NCBI GenBank assembly: GCA_016748015.1
Contig: JAAOMT010000222.1
Span: forward strand, 127,924 to 191,923
Length of the DNA: 64,000 bases
Source: Geosiphon pyriformis uo1
Lineage: Eukaryota; Fungi; Glomeromycota
Direction: 5' to 3'
Part shown: piece by piece, positions 51,266 through 63,000 of the stretch
How the letters are laid out: the number at the start of each line of letters is the position of its first letter
How positions within the stretch are numbered: the stretch's first letter is position 1
Notes under the pieces: model-generated
Told to the model about the DNA's origin: nothing
The model's input: the letters and a program-made list of their open reading frames with translations, nothing else
Databases searched by the model: none
Translations under genes and position numbers: made by a program

Positions 51266-53065
51266 ATGAAGAAGACTACCAAAGTTTCTGGTTTTGAAGA
51301 TGGTTTTAAGACAGTCGTGTCGAGGAAAAAGAGAAAGGGTGGTGTATTGGCAAAGAGTGTTGATAATAGAGAGGTTGCTGATAAAGTTCTTGGTAATTGT
51401 TCATGGAGTTCTGAGGCGGGTGACACTACTAAATCTGAGAGTATTAACATGGAGGAAAAGTGCTTGGTTGAGGAAACCAGTGTTGACTATGGTGAGAATG
51501 GTGCTTTCGCAGAAGGGGATCCTGATCAAACGCCTAAGAATTTGCGTATAAAGACCAAAAAGGTGTTAAGAAAGTCTCTGGGTGTGATTGATTATGGTAC
51601 TGTCAATACAGACAATGACATGTTGAACAGTTCCTTCTTTCTCTCACCCCCTTTGTCTATCAAACTATCCATTCAAGTGTTTGTTCACAAATCCTTTGTT
51701 TTGAATATTGACCTTGTGGCTGTTGCTGAGAAATTATCTCAGAAAAAATTGAACTTTGTCAAAAAAATTTTTTCAGGTGTGAATGGTTTTGGGGGGGCCT
51801 CTACTCCCTCAAAATTTGGTGAAATCATCTGGGCATCTTTCACTTCCGAAAAAGCAATGATGGCAGCTGCTCAATTGGCAAATGATCATGGTGTTGTGGT
51901 AAACACCAATTTTAAGTGCCCCATCAACAATCGTACGAATTGGACAATTGTGTTAAAAAAAATTCCTGTGGAAACTTCCATCGAGACAATGCGTGTAGCC
52001 ATTTCTGAATTTGGGCTTATTAAGTCAATCAAAATGCAGTTGGTGGGTCTATAGCAAAAGGCGATCATTGAATTGGAGGATCAAATTCAGGCTAATCTCT
52101 TGGCGGCTAAGTGGTCTGTCCTTATTGGGAAAGATGCAGTGCGTGTAGTCCAGGCTGATGTTGACAAACAAACATGGAATGCCAGAGATGAGTTCAGGGC
52201 TTTGTTTTACACTCTCCTTATGGGCATTACTGCTCATGATCTTTGGGACTTCATTGGTTCAGTTGGTGGGAAAACATGTGTTATTGAATGCAGCTCTGTC
52301 AGTTATGTCCGAGCATGCTGTGCCACTGTGTGCTTCAATTCTGAAGGTAGTCTTATTTAGGCAATGGCAAACACTCCTGTTATAAAAGGCATTGGTCTCC
52401 GATGGTCTCGGTTAACCACTGCACTGTGCTCAATTTGCAGAAATTCTGGTCATACATCTCTCACTTGTTGTACTGCTGGTGTGTCCTCAAGTTTTAGGAG
52501 CAAGAGAGCTCCTCTTTCAGCTTAGGATCAGCTCCGTCTGGCTAAGATATATGAAAAAAAATCTGCCCCCATTTCCCGTCCTTTGGCTTTTGGTGGAAAA
52601 ACTTGGGCCTCTGTGGTTGGTAAACCATTCCCATTAGTGTCATTTAGTGGTTCAGCTTAATCTGGTTCCATATCTTATGGTAAATCTCTCCCAACTGTTA
52701 GTGGTGAATTGGAAAACTGTTTGAAGAATATTGAGAGCAGTCTTGTCAGCCTTGCGGGACAAATTGGTAAGTTGGCTAAGAGATTAGACTCATTCGTGCT
52801 GGCAGTTTTCCAGCCTAGTCCTGAATGTCAGCTGCCAGTAACCTCCCCATCACAGAATCAAGGGGAGAATATAGTGATGGAAGTGGATTCGGGTGATGCC
52901 ACTAGTGACAAGACTGCTGCCGTTCTTGGTTCAACTGCCTCATCTGAGGTTGTGAAATTGGAAAACATGTTGAAGAGTCTTTCTGCTTTAGTCATGAGCC
53001 TATTGGTGCGCTTGGATGGTTTGGTTTTGGCTGGTGGTGCTCTTCCTCTACCTTATTCTCAATGA
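51266..53065 (+). pseudogene. LINE copy 4 ORF1 (third subtype, MKKTTKVSG...)
   Basis: Fragments 51266-52054, 52073-52360, 52709-53065 plus intervening knuckle CSICRNSGHTSLTC and AFGGKTWASV. Confidence 0.85.
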
Positions 53066-56000
53066 GTGGTCTGATATGGAAGATTGCTACGTGTAATGTT
53101 CGTGGGTTGAACAATCCTGCGAAGCAAAATAATGTCATTTGTTGGCACAGAGATATGAACAATTTGGTTTCAATTGTTACTGAGACAAAGTTAAAAGATA
53201 GAGTTCGGCCTTGGATTGCTAATAAATTTGATGGTGTTTGGGTCTTCATTTCTAGTTTGGATTCTGATTACCTTGGTTCTGGTGTGGCGATCATTATGAA
53301 CAACACTCTGGTGAAACATGTATATAAAGTTGTTGAGGTTTCTGGACAACTTTTGTCTGTCAAGTTGCTCTTCAGAAATAAGCTCTCAGTGTTGATTCTG
53401 GGTTTGTATGTGGGTGCTTCAGTGTCCGCGCGCTTCTCACAAGTGGATGAGATAAACTCTTTGATTGTTAAAGCTGTTAATGAGTCATCTTTTGTGATAT
53501 TGGGTGGCGATTTCAATGAAGATGACTCTCACAGGTGTGCTAGTTTCAGGAAATGTTTTGATTTGGGTTTGGTCAATGCCTTGGGAGAGAGTTCATTTGA
53601 GAAGAATGTGACTTGGACCAATTCTCGAGGAGTGGCCAAGATTATTGATTACGTGTTTATGTCATTGAGCTTGGTCAACGCAATCTTAGATCGAAGTGTA
53701 ATCGGGGTTGATAAATATTTCGATACTAATCATAGGGCTGTTGCTGTTTCCATGGGCCTGGGTGGTCTCTTGGACATTAATTTGATGTTCCTTCACAAGC
53801 AGGCAAATAAGGATCAGTGGAAGTTCAATTTTAAGGATGCTACGGCTGCCAAATGGGCTGCATTCAAGGAATCTTCTGCTGCCACCGCAGTGATGTTTAA
53901 GTGTGAGTTTGATGCTGCTCTATTGTTTCTGGATCTGGATGCTATATGGGATGTCATCTGCAAAATTGTGTACTTATTAGCAAGTAATATTTTCAAAAAA
54001 AAATGGTTCAAGGGTTATGATAATGTGTTTACTAAGAAATCTTCTAAGTTTCACAAGCTAGAACTTTTGGTGTCTAAACTAGTTAAAGCATCACGTTTAG
54101 TTTCTTCTGAGAAATTTGTTGCACTACTGAGTATGTGGAATTCGTTGGACACTGCAAATGCTTCTGTGGTGGAGTCTCTTTTTCTTTCGGAGTCGCATTT
54201 TAAGGTCATAAGATCTGTCTTGTTCAGAGTCAGGAAGTTGTATCATTTCTCTAAATTGTCCAAGTCAAAGCATGCTGAAGAATCTCGTATCAGATCAGCA
54301 GTTAGTAGGAGGATGGAAAGTTTTGAGGTAGATAAAGATCATACAATTAGGAGTGTGCTAGAGCGTCTCTTTTGCAAGATGGTATTGAATTATTTGGTTG
54401 TCGATAATGAACTGGTTTTGGATCCTAGTTTGGTTAAATCTAAGGTGAATATTATTATGGAAGGCTGGACCAGAAAACGTGAGTTGGTTGCTGATGTTTC
54501 TGATAATTGGTGTCACCAGTACCAACCTTTGGAGTACGTATTTGATGAGGTATTTTCGAGAATAATGGACCCTATTAGTTTTGTTGAGTTGCTTGGTGTT
54601 GTGTCAGACTTGCCTAATGATAAAGCTGCTGGTTTGTCTGATATTTTGAATGAGCTTTGAAAGCATTGTGACGAATTGGTTTTGGATATGTTGTTGGTGC
54701 TCTTGAACTCTTGTTTGCTCCATAAGTCAGTTCCTGGTCCTTGGAGGGAAGCTTGGGTGTCTATGATCCCCAAATCTTATGAGTGGAAAGGAGTTCTTAC
54801 GAACACCCGACTCATTGCTTTGATTGAAACTGCTCATAAGATCCTTTCAAAGATCCTTTCAGACAAGATTTCTTTGGCATGCAATACACACAATGTTCTC
54901 CGCAGGGACAATTTTTCTGTTTTGAAGGGCACGATGACACAGTCTCCTATCTTTGCTGTCGGCTCTGTGGTTAAGGATGCTCTGGAAAAGAACTGTAAGC
55001 TTTGGCTGGTATTGCAGGACATAAAGAAGGCCTATAATTCTGTTGGCTGGGAGCATTTGAAAAGGAGTCTAATTAGGATTAAGATGTGTGGCAGGTTCAT
55101 TCGATTTTTTGGTGGTATTCACAATAACCGAGTCAACCGAGTAATGACTGACTTTGGCTTAACTGATAGTTATTAAGTCCATGATGGTCTCGATCAAGGG
55201 GAAGTGTTTTCACCTCTTCTCTGGCATATATTTTATGATTTTCTTTTGTGTGAAGTCAAGAGACAAGAAGAATTTTGTGGATATAGGTTGAATTTTCATT
55301 TTATTGCTAAAACTAGCCGCGTTGAACCTCAAGCTGGTTTTTCTTCTTTCTTTGCGGCTGGTGCTTTTGTGGACAATATTATTTGGGTCGGCTGCAGTCA
55401 GGCTGCAACACAACACATTCTCAATGTTGCTAGTGAATTTTTTAGAATTAATGATATTTCAATTAACAATGACAAAATGGTGGCAATTCCCATTAACTGT
55501 AAGATTGTAAGCCCCTTTCTGACAATCAGTGATTCACCAATTTCTATTGCCAAGAAAGGGAAACCTCACTGGTATTTGGGCATCTTTTTGTCTACGGATG
55601 GCTTGTCAAAACCCAGTTTGGCCAAGGCGCATTCGGATGTCTGGTTTTTCACCAATCTCGTTCTGAAAAAGACCATTTCTGATAAGCAGTTCTTGTATTT
55701 GGTTTCGGCAGTTCTTCAACTCATCATCAGTTATAGAATGCAGTTTAGTTTTGTTCCACTTAGTGTTTGCTGTAAATGGGACACTCTAATTTGTAAAGGC
55801 TTCAAATCCAAGGCAGGTCTTCCTTTGGACTTTCCCAATGATGCTCTTCATCATCCATCTCTTTATGGCTTAAAGACTTTTGAGCAGATTCAAGCTGAGA
55901 GTAAGTCGGCATCCATAGTGTGTTTTGCCAATACTGTTGAAATCCTGGGTTGGTTGTTTTTCCATAGGTCTCATGACTTATAGACTTTGAGCTGGTGTCC

Positions 56001-57753
56001 TGTGCACCCTTTGGTCTCCCCAGTTTGTTTAAAATTAAATCCCTTGAACAATTTTCTGGTGAGTGTGGTTCGTATTTTTGCCGACTGCAGCTTATCTTTT
56101 AGTAGTTCTGGCCTCAGTGCATTCCGATTCTTCCATGGAACTCCCATGTCTTTGGTTCTTGGGGAGGTAAAATTCTCTAGGTGTTTCTCCTCACTTCGGT
56201 GGTATGGAATTGTTTTTGTGAAACAATTGCATCAATACAATGGTGGTGTTTTTAACTGGAAGATTTTCAAGTGTTGGAAAAGGCTGGATCCGCGTGGCCC
56301 CATTTCTAATTGGTTTGGTGTCTCTGTTGGTTATCTTGGTGGTACAGGGTCATCTTTTTCTGTTCATGGCTGTTTGGTGGGCATTTTTTCTGCTCCTAGT
56401 GTCTTGGAATCTACTGATTTTGATTTGGTTTGTAATCGTTTGTTGGGATTGGGTGCTGATAGCCTTTTGGTTTATACTGATGGATCCTTGGCTGGTTTGA
56501 GCACTCTCAATGTTAAATCAGATGTGACGGTTTTCTTTGATGATATTAATATGGGTTTAGGTGTTAAGGTTTCGGGTTTGTTGTCATCTACTTTGGTGAA
56601 ATTGCAAGCTATTGCACTTGCTCTCGAGTGTGTTCCTGCGGTTAGCAAAGTTAGCTTATTTTCAGATAATCAGGCCGTATTGGACGCTTGCAGGTCGGAA
56701 TTGGGTTTTGCACATCCGGATTTTCAGAATAGTTGTTGGGTGGAGCACCATCATATTGCTGGTCTTGTTCATGCTAAGAGGTTGGATGTCAGCTGGTATA
56801 AGGTTAAAGGACATTCTGGTGTTATAGGTAATGACCAGGCTGATGATCTGGCTGGTTGTGCGGCTCTTTCTAATTTTGTTCTTTCCTCCTGGCTGGATGA
56901 GCAGTTTATCCTGGCTGGTGATAGTCCGGTTTCAGGTAATTCTAGACATTTTGTGCATGACATTTATTGGTCCATTCATTGTTCGTGTTGGGGTTTTAGT
57001 TCAGGTAATAGGGTTGTCGCTGGCAAATTGCTCACAGATATTGATTGGCACAGATTCTTTTCTGTCTGGCATCCCAATTCACACATGGCTGCTGGCTTCA
57101 CCAGTATTCAGACCGCTGGCTTGCACATGTATTTTATGAAAGCTCTGCATCATAGACTGCCTGTGGCCGTTCACAAACGCTTTTATGATAGGAGTTACCC
57201 TAGTGTGGTTTGCTTGTTTTGTGGAAGTGTGGAGGTTTCGGACCATGTTTTTTTTTGTGATTCTGACTTTGCTAATTGTGATTGGCTGCTTGGTAATTTT
57301 GTGGTTAAATGAGAAGGCATTTCTGGCCTTCATGGCCCTTCTTCTCACGTGCTGCAAACTCTTTCTTTGTGTATTCTTGACACTTCGGTCTGTGTTGCTC
57401 TATGCAAAGGCTTTGTTTTTAATGATTGGTTTTTTGAGGTGGTTTCTGTTTTTGGTGACCTGAAACTTACTGGTGCAAAAATTGTGGACTTTGTCCGTAA
57501 TTTTTGTCTAGCTTTTAAAGATGAAGTTTGGTTGGTCCATGTCAAACATTGTGCCTTTATGGAAAAGCATGGGTTAATTCCTCGAGATGGTTCTGTGCCA
57601 GTTTCTATTTCTGGTTTGTCTTCCCTGTATTTGGCTGGAGTTGTCAGATTGTTGGGTATTGATGATTCATTGAGCATTAGGTTTGGTTTGTGCAAATTTA
57701 GTTTGTTCATTTCAGGCGCTTTAGATGCAGTTTCTGTTCATATAGGTGTATAG
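53062..57753 (+). pseudogene. LINE copy 4 ORF2 (APE-RT-RNase H-Zn knuckle)
   Basis: MSGLIWKIATCNVRGLN; GGDFN; QDIKKAYN; FVDN; YTDGS; KVKGHSGVIGNDQAD; CLFCGSVEVSDHVFFC; in-frame stops at 54660, 55176, 55983, 57312. Confidence 0.93.
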
Positions 57754-58201
57754 TGTTGTTCTGATTGGTCTGAGTGGCTAGTTATGTGTAGAAAGTGCAT
57801 GATTCATGCCTAATTTAGATCAATTATTTGATGTATAGCTTTAGGTTGTGTTTGGATTTCACTCAATAAATGTATAAAAAAAACAAAAAAAAACAAAACC
57901 AAAACAAAGTTAATAGTTTTTTTAACTTTATAAAAATTTATTCATGTAAAATTCTTAATAAAAAACTTTTTATAAGTAAGTTAACTAAATTAAAATTCAA
58001 ACATTTCTTAAAATTAACATTATATTTAGTATTATTTTCATTAAAATTACTTCTATTTTTCAAACACTATTAAAAATAGTACAAAAATTTCTTTCTCTCT
58101 TATCTCCACAAATCTCCAAAAAGCGTATTTTCTGAAAAAAAAGTTTTTTTGTTTTTTTTAGTCTGTATCAATATTTTTTACCTAATAATAACCCATTTTT
58201 T

Positions 58202-60055
58202 GTGGATATAGAAGTTACTATTAGTAGCACTGCACCCAAGAAGAAGACTTCTAAGGGTGCTTTTCACAGTTCTACTTGTGGCTTCTTTTCTCAGAAGAAA
58301 AAAGTTGTTCTTGGCAATGTAAAACACTCTGGTAATGAAAAAGATATATTCTTGGGCAAATCTGGATCTAGTGGCAGTGCTTATTTTGATAGCATGTCTG
58401 AAGTAAATGGTGGGTCTTTTTTGGGCTTAGTTGCTACTACACCCAAAGCAAAGCAAGTTAATACTGGTGTTGGCTTTGGTTCTTCACTCAGCTCTCCCAA
58501 CTTTCATATGGACAATAAAGAAGTGGTGCTTCCTTTTCACTTGTCTATCTCTCTAGAAAAAAAGTGGATTGACCCTAAAATTATCAAGACTCCTGTGGAA
58601 GTGTTAATTAAAAAGTTATTTGCTTTGGATATTAATCTTTCAGCTGTGGAAGGTAAATCGGCAATGGCAAAGACTCAGTTAATTAAGAAAATTTTTTCAA
58701 TAGTCAATGGTTTTGGGGGGGCCATTACTCTTTCAAAATTTGAAGAAATCATCTGATCAACATTTACTTCTGAAGAAAGCATGAAAATGGCTGCATCATT
58801 GGCCAAAAAAAAAAGGATCAACATAAACAGCAATCTTAAGAAACAAGAAATGAAGTCAGATCAGGCTGTGATAATCAAAAAAATTCTCATAAATATGCCT
58901 AAAGATATGATCGTCGCTGCAGTGTCCAAATTTGGAGAAATTAAGTCGATCAAAATTCAACTGATTGGAATGTGACAAAAAGCTGTGGTAGAGTTTGCTG
59001 AATTAGGCCAAGCTAATTTGTTAGTCTCTAAGTGGTTGTTCCTGATTGGTAAGAATTCTGTGCGCATAGTCAAAGTGGTAGAGGATTGTGAGACTTGGGC
59101 ATTAAGGGATTGGTTCAGAGCACTTTTGTTTACTTTGCTGGTGAGAACAATGGCACATGATCTTAAGACTCTTTTGGATGGGGCTGGTGGGAAAACTTGC
59201 ATCATTAACAGATTTCTGAAAACTGGTAATAGAATTTATTGTGCTGTAGTAAGTTTTGAATCTAATAATGATCTGGAATCTGCCTTTCACATGAAGCCGA
59301 TTCTTGGTGGTATTAAACTTTTTTGGACAAAAATGGATCTAGTTTGGTGTGAAAAATGCAGAAAGTTTGGTCATTCTGCTCTGAAATGTAATGCATTTGT
59401 TGTGTCCCTACCTAAGCCTTTAAGAACATTTAAAAAGATTGCATCTGATAAACATCATCTTTAGTTGGCAAAGTTGTATGAAAAGAAAAATGTTCCGATA
59501 TCTCACCCTACTGCCTTTGGTGGCAAATCTTGGGCCCAAGTGGTCACACTTGCTGGTCCTTCTGATGGTCTTTATTTCAGTTCTAGTTCTGGTTCTAGCC
59601 TTTCTCTTTCTGGTGCCTCAGATTCAGACAGTAGTTTTCTTTTTATTTTAGCCAACACTCTTTCTTTGAATGCTCATTTGGCCACTTTAGAACACTCCTT
59701 AGAGCTTTTAATAGATCAAGTATCTAGTATATTGAAAAAGTTAAGTGGCATGGAACTGAAATCTATGGCAACCCCTTCTAGCATTTCTCTTCCAGCCACT
59801 TCCACATCTTTGGTGCTGCATTTGAATATGGATATGGTTTTGAATGATATGACATTGACTTCTGCTCCTTCTCTTTTAGCTGTGAATGATGTGGTTCATG
59901 ATTCTAGCTCGAGTTTTTCCAAGATTTTGACCTCCAAGGTGGGCAGATTGGAATCGAAAATGGTAGCTTTTAAGGTCTCAATCGGTTCAGTTTTGGAAAG
60001 GTTGGATCATCTGTGTTTTGGTGTGAGTTCTTCAGCTCTTTTTCTTTTTCAATGA
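58202..60055 (+). pseudogene. LINE copy 5 ORF1 (fourth subtype; core closest to copy 3)
   Basis: Fragments 58202-58756, 58781-58975, 58985-59464, 59465-60055; knuckle CEKCRKFGHSALKC; AFGGKSWAQV. Confidence 0.85.
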
Positions 60056-63000
60056 GTAGTTTGGTGTGAAAAGTGGCTATATGTAATGTTAGAGACATGA
60101 ACAATTCTGCCAAACAGATTGATATTGTTTGATAACATAAAGATATGGACAATTTGGTTTCAATTTTCATGGAAACAAAGTTAAAAAATAAGGCTCACTC
60201 TTGGTTGGTTGACAAATTTGATAATGTTTGCATGTTTTCTTCTGGTTTGAACTCTGGCTATGTGGATGCAGGTGTCGCAATTGTTATGAACAGATCCTTG
60301 GCTAAGCATATATATAAGGTTTCTGAGGTCCCAGGTCATCTTCTCTGTATTAAGTTACTTTTCAAGAATAAACTTTCGGTTTTGATTCTGGGACTGTATG
60401 CTGATGCCTCCTTGGCTACTTAATTTTCCCAGGCTGATGAGATCAATTCCTTGATTGCAAGGGCTATGAATAAATCTTTTTTTGTCATTCTTGGTGGTGA
60501 TTTCAATGAAGATGGCTCTTATAAGTGTGCTAGTCTTAAAAAGTGCCATAATTTGGGTTTGGTTAATTCTTTGAATGGGAGCTTCTTTGCTAAGACACCA
60601 ACTTTAAGCAATTTTTGGAGTGTTGTAAGGACAATTGATTATGTGTTTGTTTCCTCAAATCTGGTGAATGCAATAATACAGCACAATGTTTTCATTATCA
60701 GTGATCATTTTGATATGGATCACAGAGCTGTTTCTGTGTCTTTGGGTTTGGGTGGCCTTTTAGATACAAGATTAAACTCTCTTTGCAAACAGACAAATAA
60801 GGATTAATGGAAGTTCAATTTCAAGGGTGCTGATGAGACTAAATGAAATAATTTTAAAAGTTCTATGCTAGCCAATGCTATAATGTTCTTGGATAAATTT
60901 GCTGCATCTGTAAAGTTTTTGAATTTGGATGCTATGTAGTGTGTTGTGCACAAAGTTATGACTTTTTTGGCTAATGGAACTTTCAAGAAAAAATGGTTCA
61001 AAGAGTTCGATGAAGTTTTCACCAAAGATTCTTCTAAATTTCATAAATTGGAGCTTTTGGTTTCTAGGATTGTTAAGGCTTTACATGAAAAAGATGCTGG
61101 GAACTTTGTTTATTTTATGAAATGCTGGAGTTCTGTGGATGTTGTTAAATCTTCTGTTGTTCAAAATCTAGTGAATTCTGATGCTGGTTCTAATCATATT
61201 TGTTCTGCTCTTTTTGGTGCTAAAAAGTCTTATTGTGCTTCCAAACTCACTGAATCTCTGAGAGTTAAGGAAGCAAACATCAGGTCTGCCATTGATAAGA
61301 GAATAGAGAGCTTTAAGGTCAACAAGGGTCATACAATCAGAAGTGTACTGGAGCATCCGTTTCATAAAGTGGTGCTAAACCATCTGGTGATAAATAATAA
61401 TCTTATTTTGGAACCTGGTTTGGTTAAGTCTAAGGTAGATGTAATTATAAAGGAATAGACCAGAAAGTGTTATGTGGCTAATGATGTATCAATTGATTGG
61501 CACCATCAATATTGACCTTTGGAATACATTTTTGATGAGATCTTTTCTGGTGTAATATGCCCAATTGGTTTTGATGAATTCTTTGGGGTGGTTTCTGACT
61601 TGTCTGATGATAAAGCCACTGGTTTGTCTGGTATCTCGAATGAACTTTGGAAACATTGTGATAAGTCTGTTCTGAATATGCTTTTGGTGATTTTGAAACT
61701 TTGTCTGTCTAGTGAATTGATGCCTGGTCCTTGGAAAGAGGCCTGGGTTTTGATGATTCCCAAACCATATAAGTAGAAGGGTGTTTTAACCAATACTTGT
61801 CCTATTGCTTTGATTAAAACGGCTCATAAAATTCTTTCTAAGATTTTTTCTGACAGGATCTCCTTGGCATGTAGTGCATTTGATGTTCTTTGTGAGAACA
61901 ACTTCTTAGTTTTAAAGAGTATGACAACTCAGTCTCCTATCTTTGCAATTGGTTTGGTGGTTGAAAATGCTTTGGAAAAGAACTGAGAGCTTTGGCTGGT
62001 TCTGTAGAACATGTGGAAAGCATATGATTTGGTTGGCTAGAAACATCTCAAAAATAGTTTGATCAGGATTAAGATGTGTAGCAAATTCATTTGTTTTTTT
62101 GGCAACATTTACAATGATCAAACCAACTGGATTATGACAGATTTTGGTTTGACAGATGATTATCATGTACATGATGGTCTGGATTAAGGAGAAGTTTTCT
62201 CCCCCCTTTTGTGGCAAATATTTTATAATTCTTTGTTGTGTAAAGTCAAGCATTAGGAGAGTGTGTGTGGATATAGGCTGAATTCTCATTTTATTTCCAA
62301 GAATGGTCATGCCAAATCTTGGGCTGGGCATTCTTTCTTTTTTGATGCTGGTGTCTTTGTTGATAATATGATTTGGGTTGGTAGCAATCAAAGCACTATT
62401 CAACATATTCTTAATGTTACCAGTGAATTTTTTCAGATCAATGATATCTCAATTAACAATAACAAAACAGTGGCAATTCTTATTAACAGCAGGGTCAGCA
62501 ATTTTTCTTTTTTTATCAGTGGTCTGTCTATTTCAATCACCAAAAAGAGGAAGTCTCATAGATACTTGAGTATTTTTCTTTTAACTAAGGGTTTTTCTAA
62601 ACCTAGTTTGGTAAAGGCACATTCAGATATTTGTTTTTTCACTAATTTGGTATTGAGGAAAGCTGTCTCAGATAAACAGTTTTTGTATTTGGTTTCAGCA
62701 GTTCTTCACCCTATTGTAAGCTATAGAACACAGTTTAGCTTTGTTTCTGTTGGTGTGTGCAACAAATAGGATGCTTTAATTCATAAGGGCTTGAAGCTAA
62801 AATCTGGTCTTTTACTGGACTTTCCTAGTAATACAATTCACCACCCCTTCTTTTATGGTTTGAAGTCTTTTTTGCAGTGCCAATTTGAGGGTAAGATTGC
62901 TTCGCTTATCAATTTTGCAAACTCTGGTGGAATTTTGGGGTGCTTGTTCAGTCACAGATCTCATAACTTACAGGTTCTGTGTTGGTGATCTGTCCATCTG

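Larger units (their letters stand above)
51121..57893 (+). mobile_element. Full-length LINE, copy 4
   Basis: A10 tract, then CTTCTTTCTCTCTTTC at 51131; ORF1, ORF2, 3'UTR 57754-57875, A-rich tail. Possible low-complexity TSD aaaaacaaaaaaaaa. Confidence 0.94.

Noticed and set aside
57870-58073. Small AT-rich ORFs (6309-6491, 33409-33657, 35866-36081, 36825-37007, 57870-58073) as host genes
   Set aside because: Low-complexity chance frames within decayed TE sequence or an A-tail.
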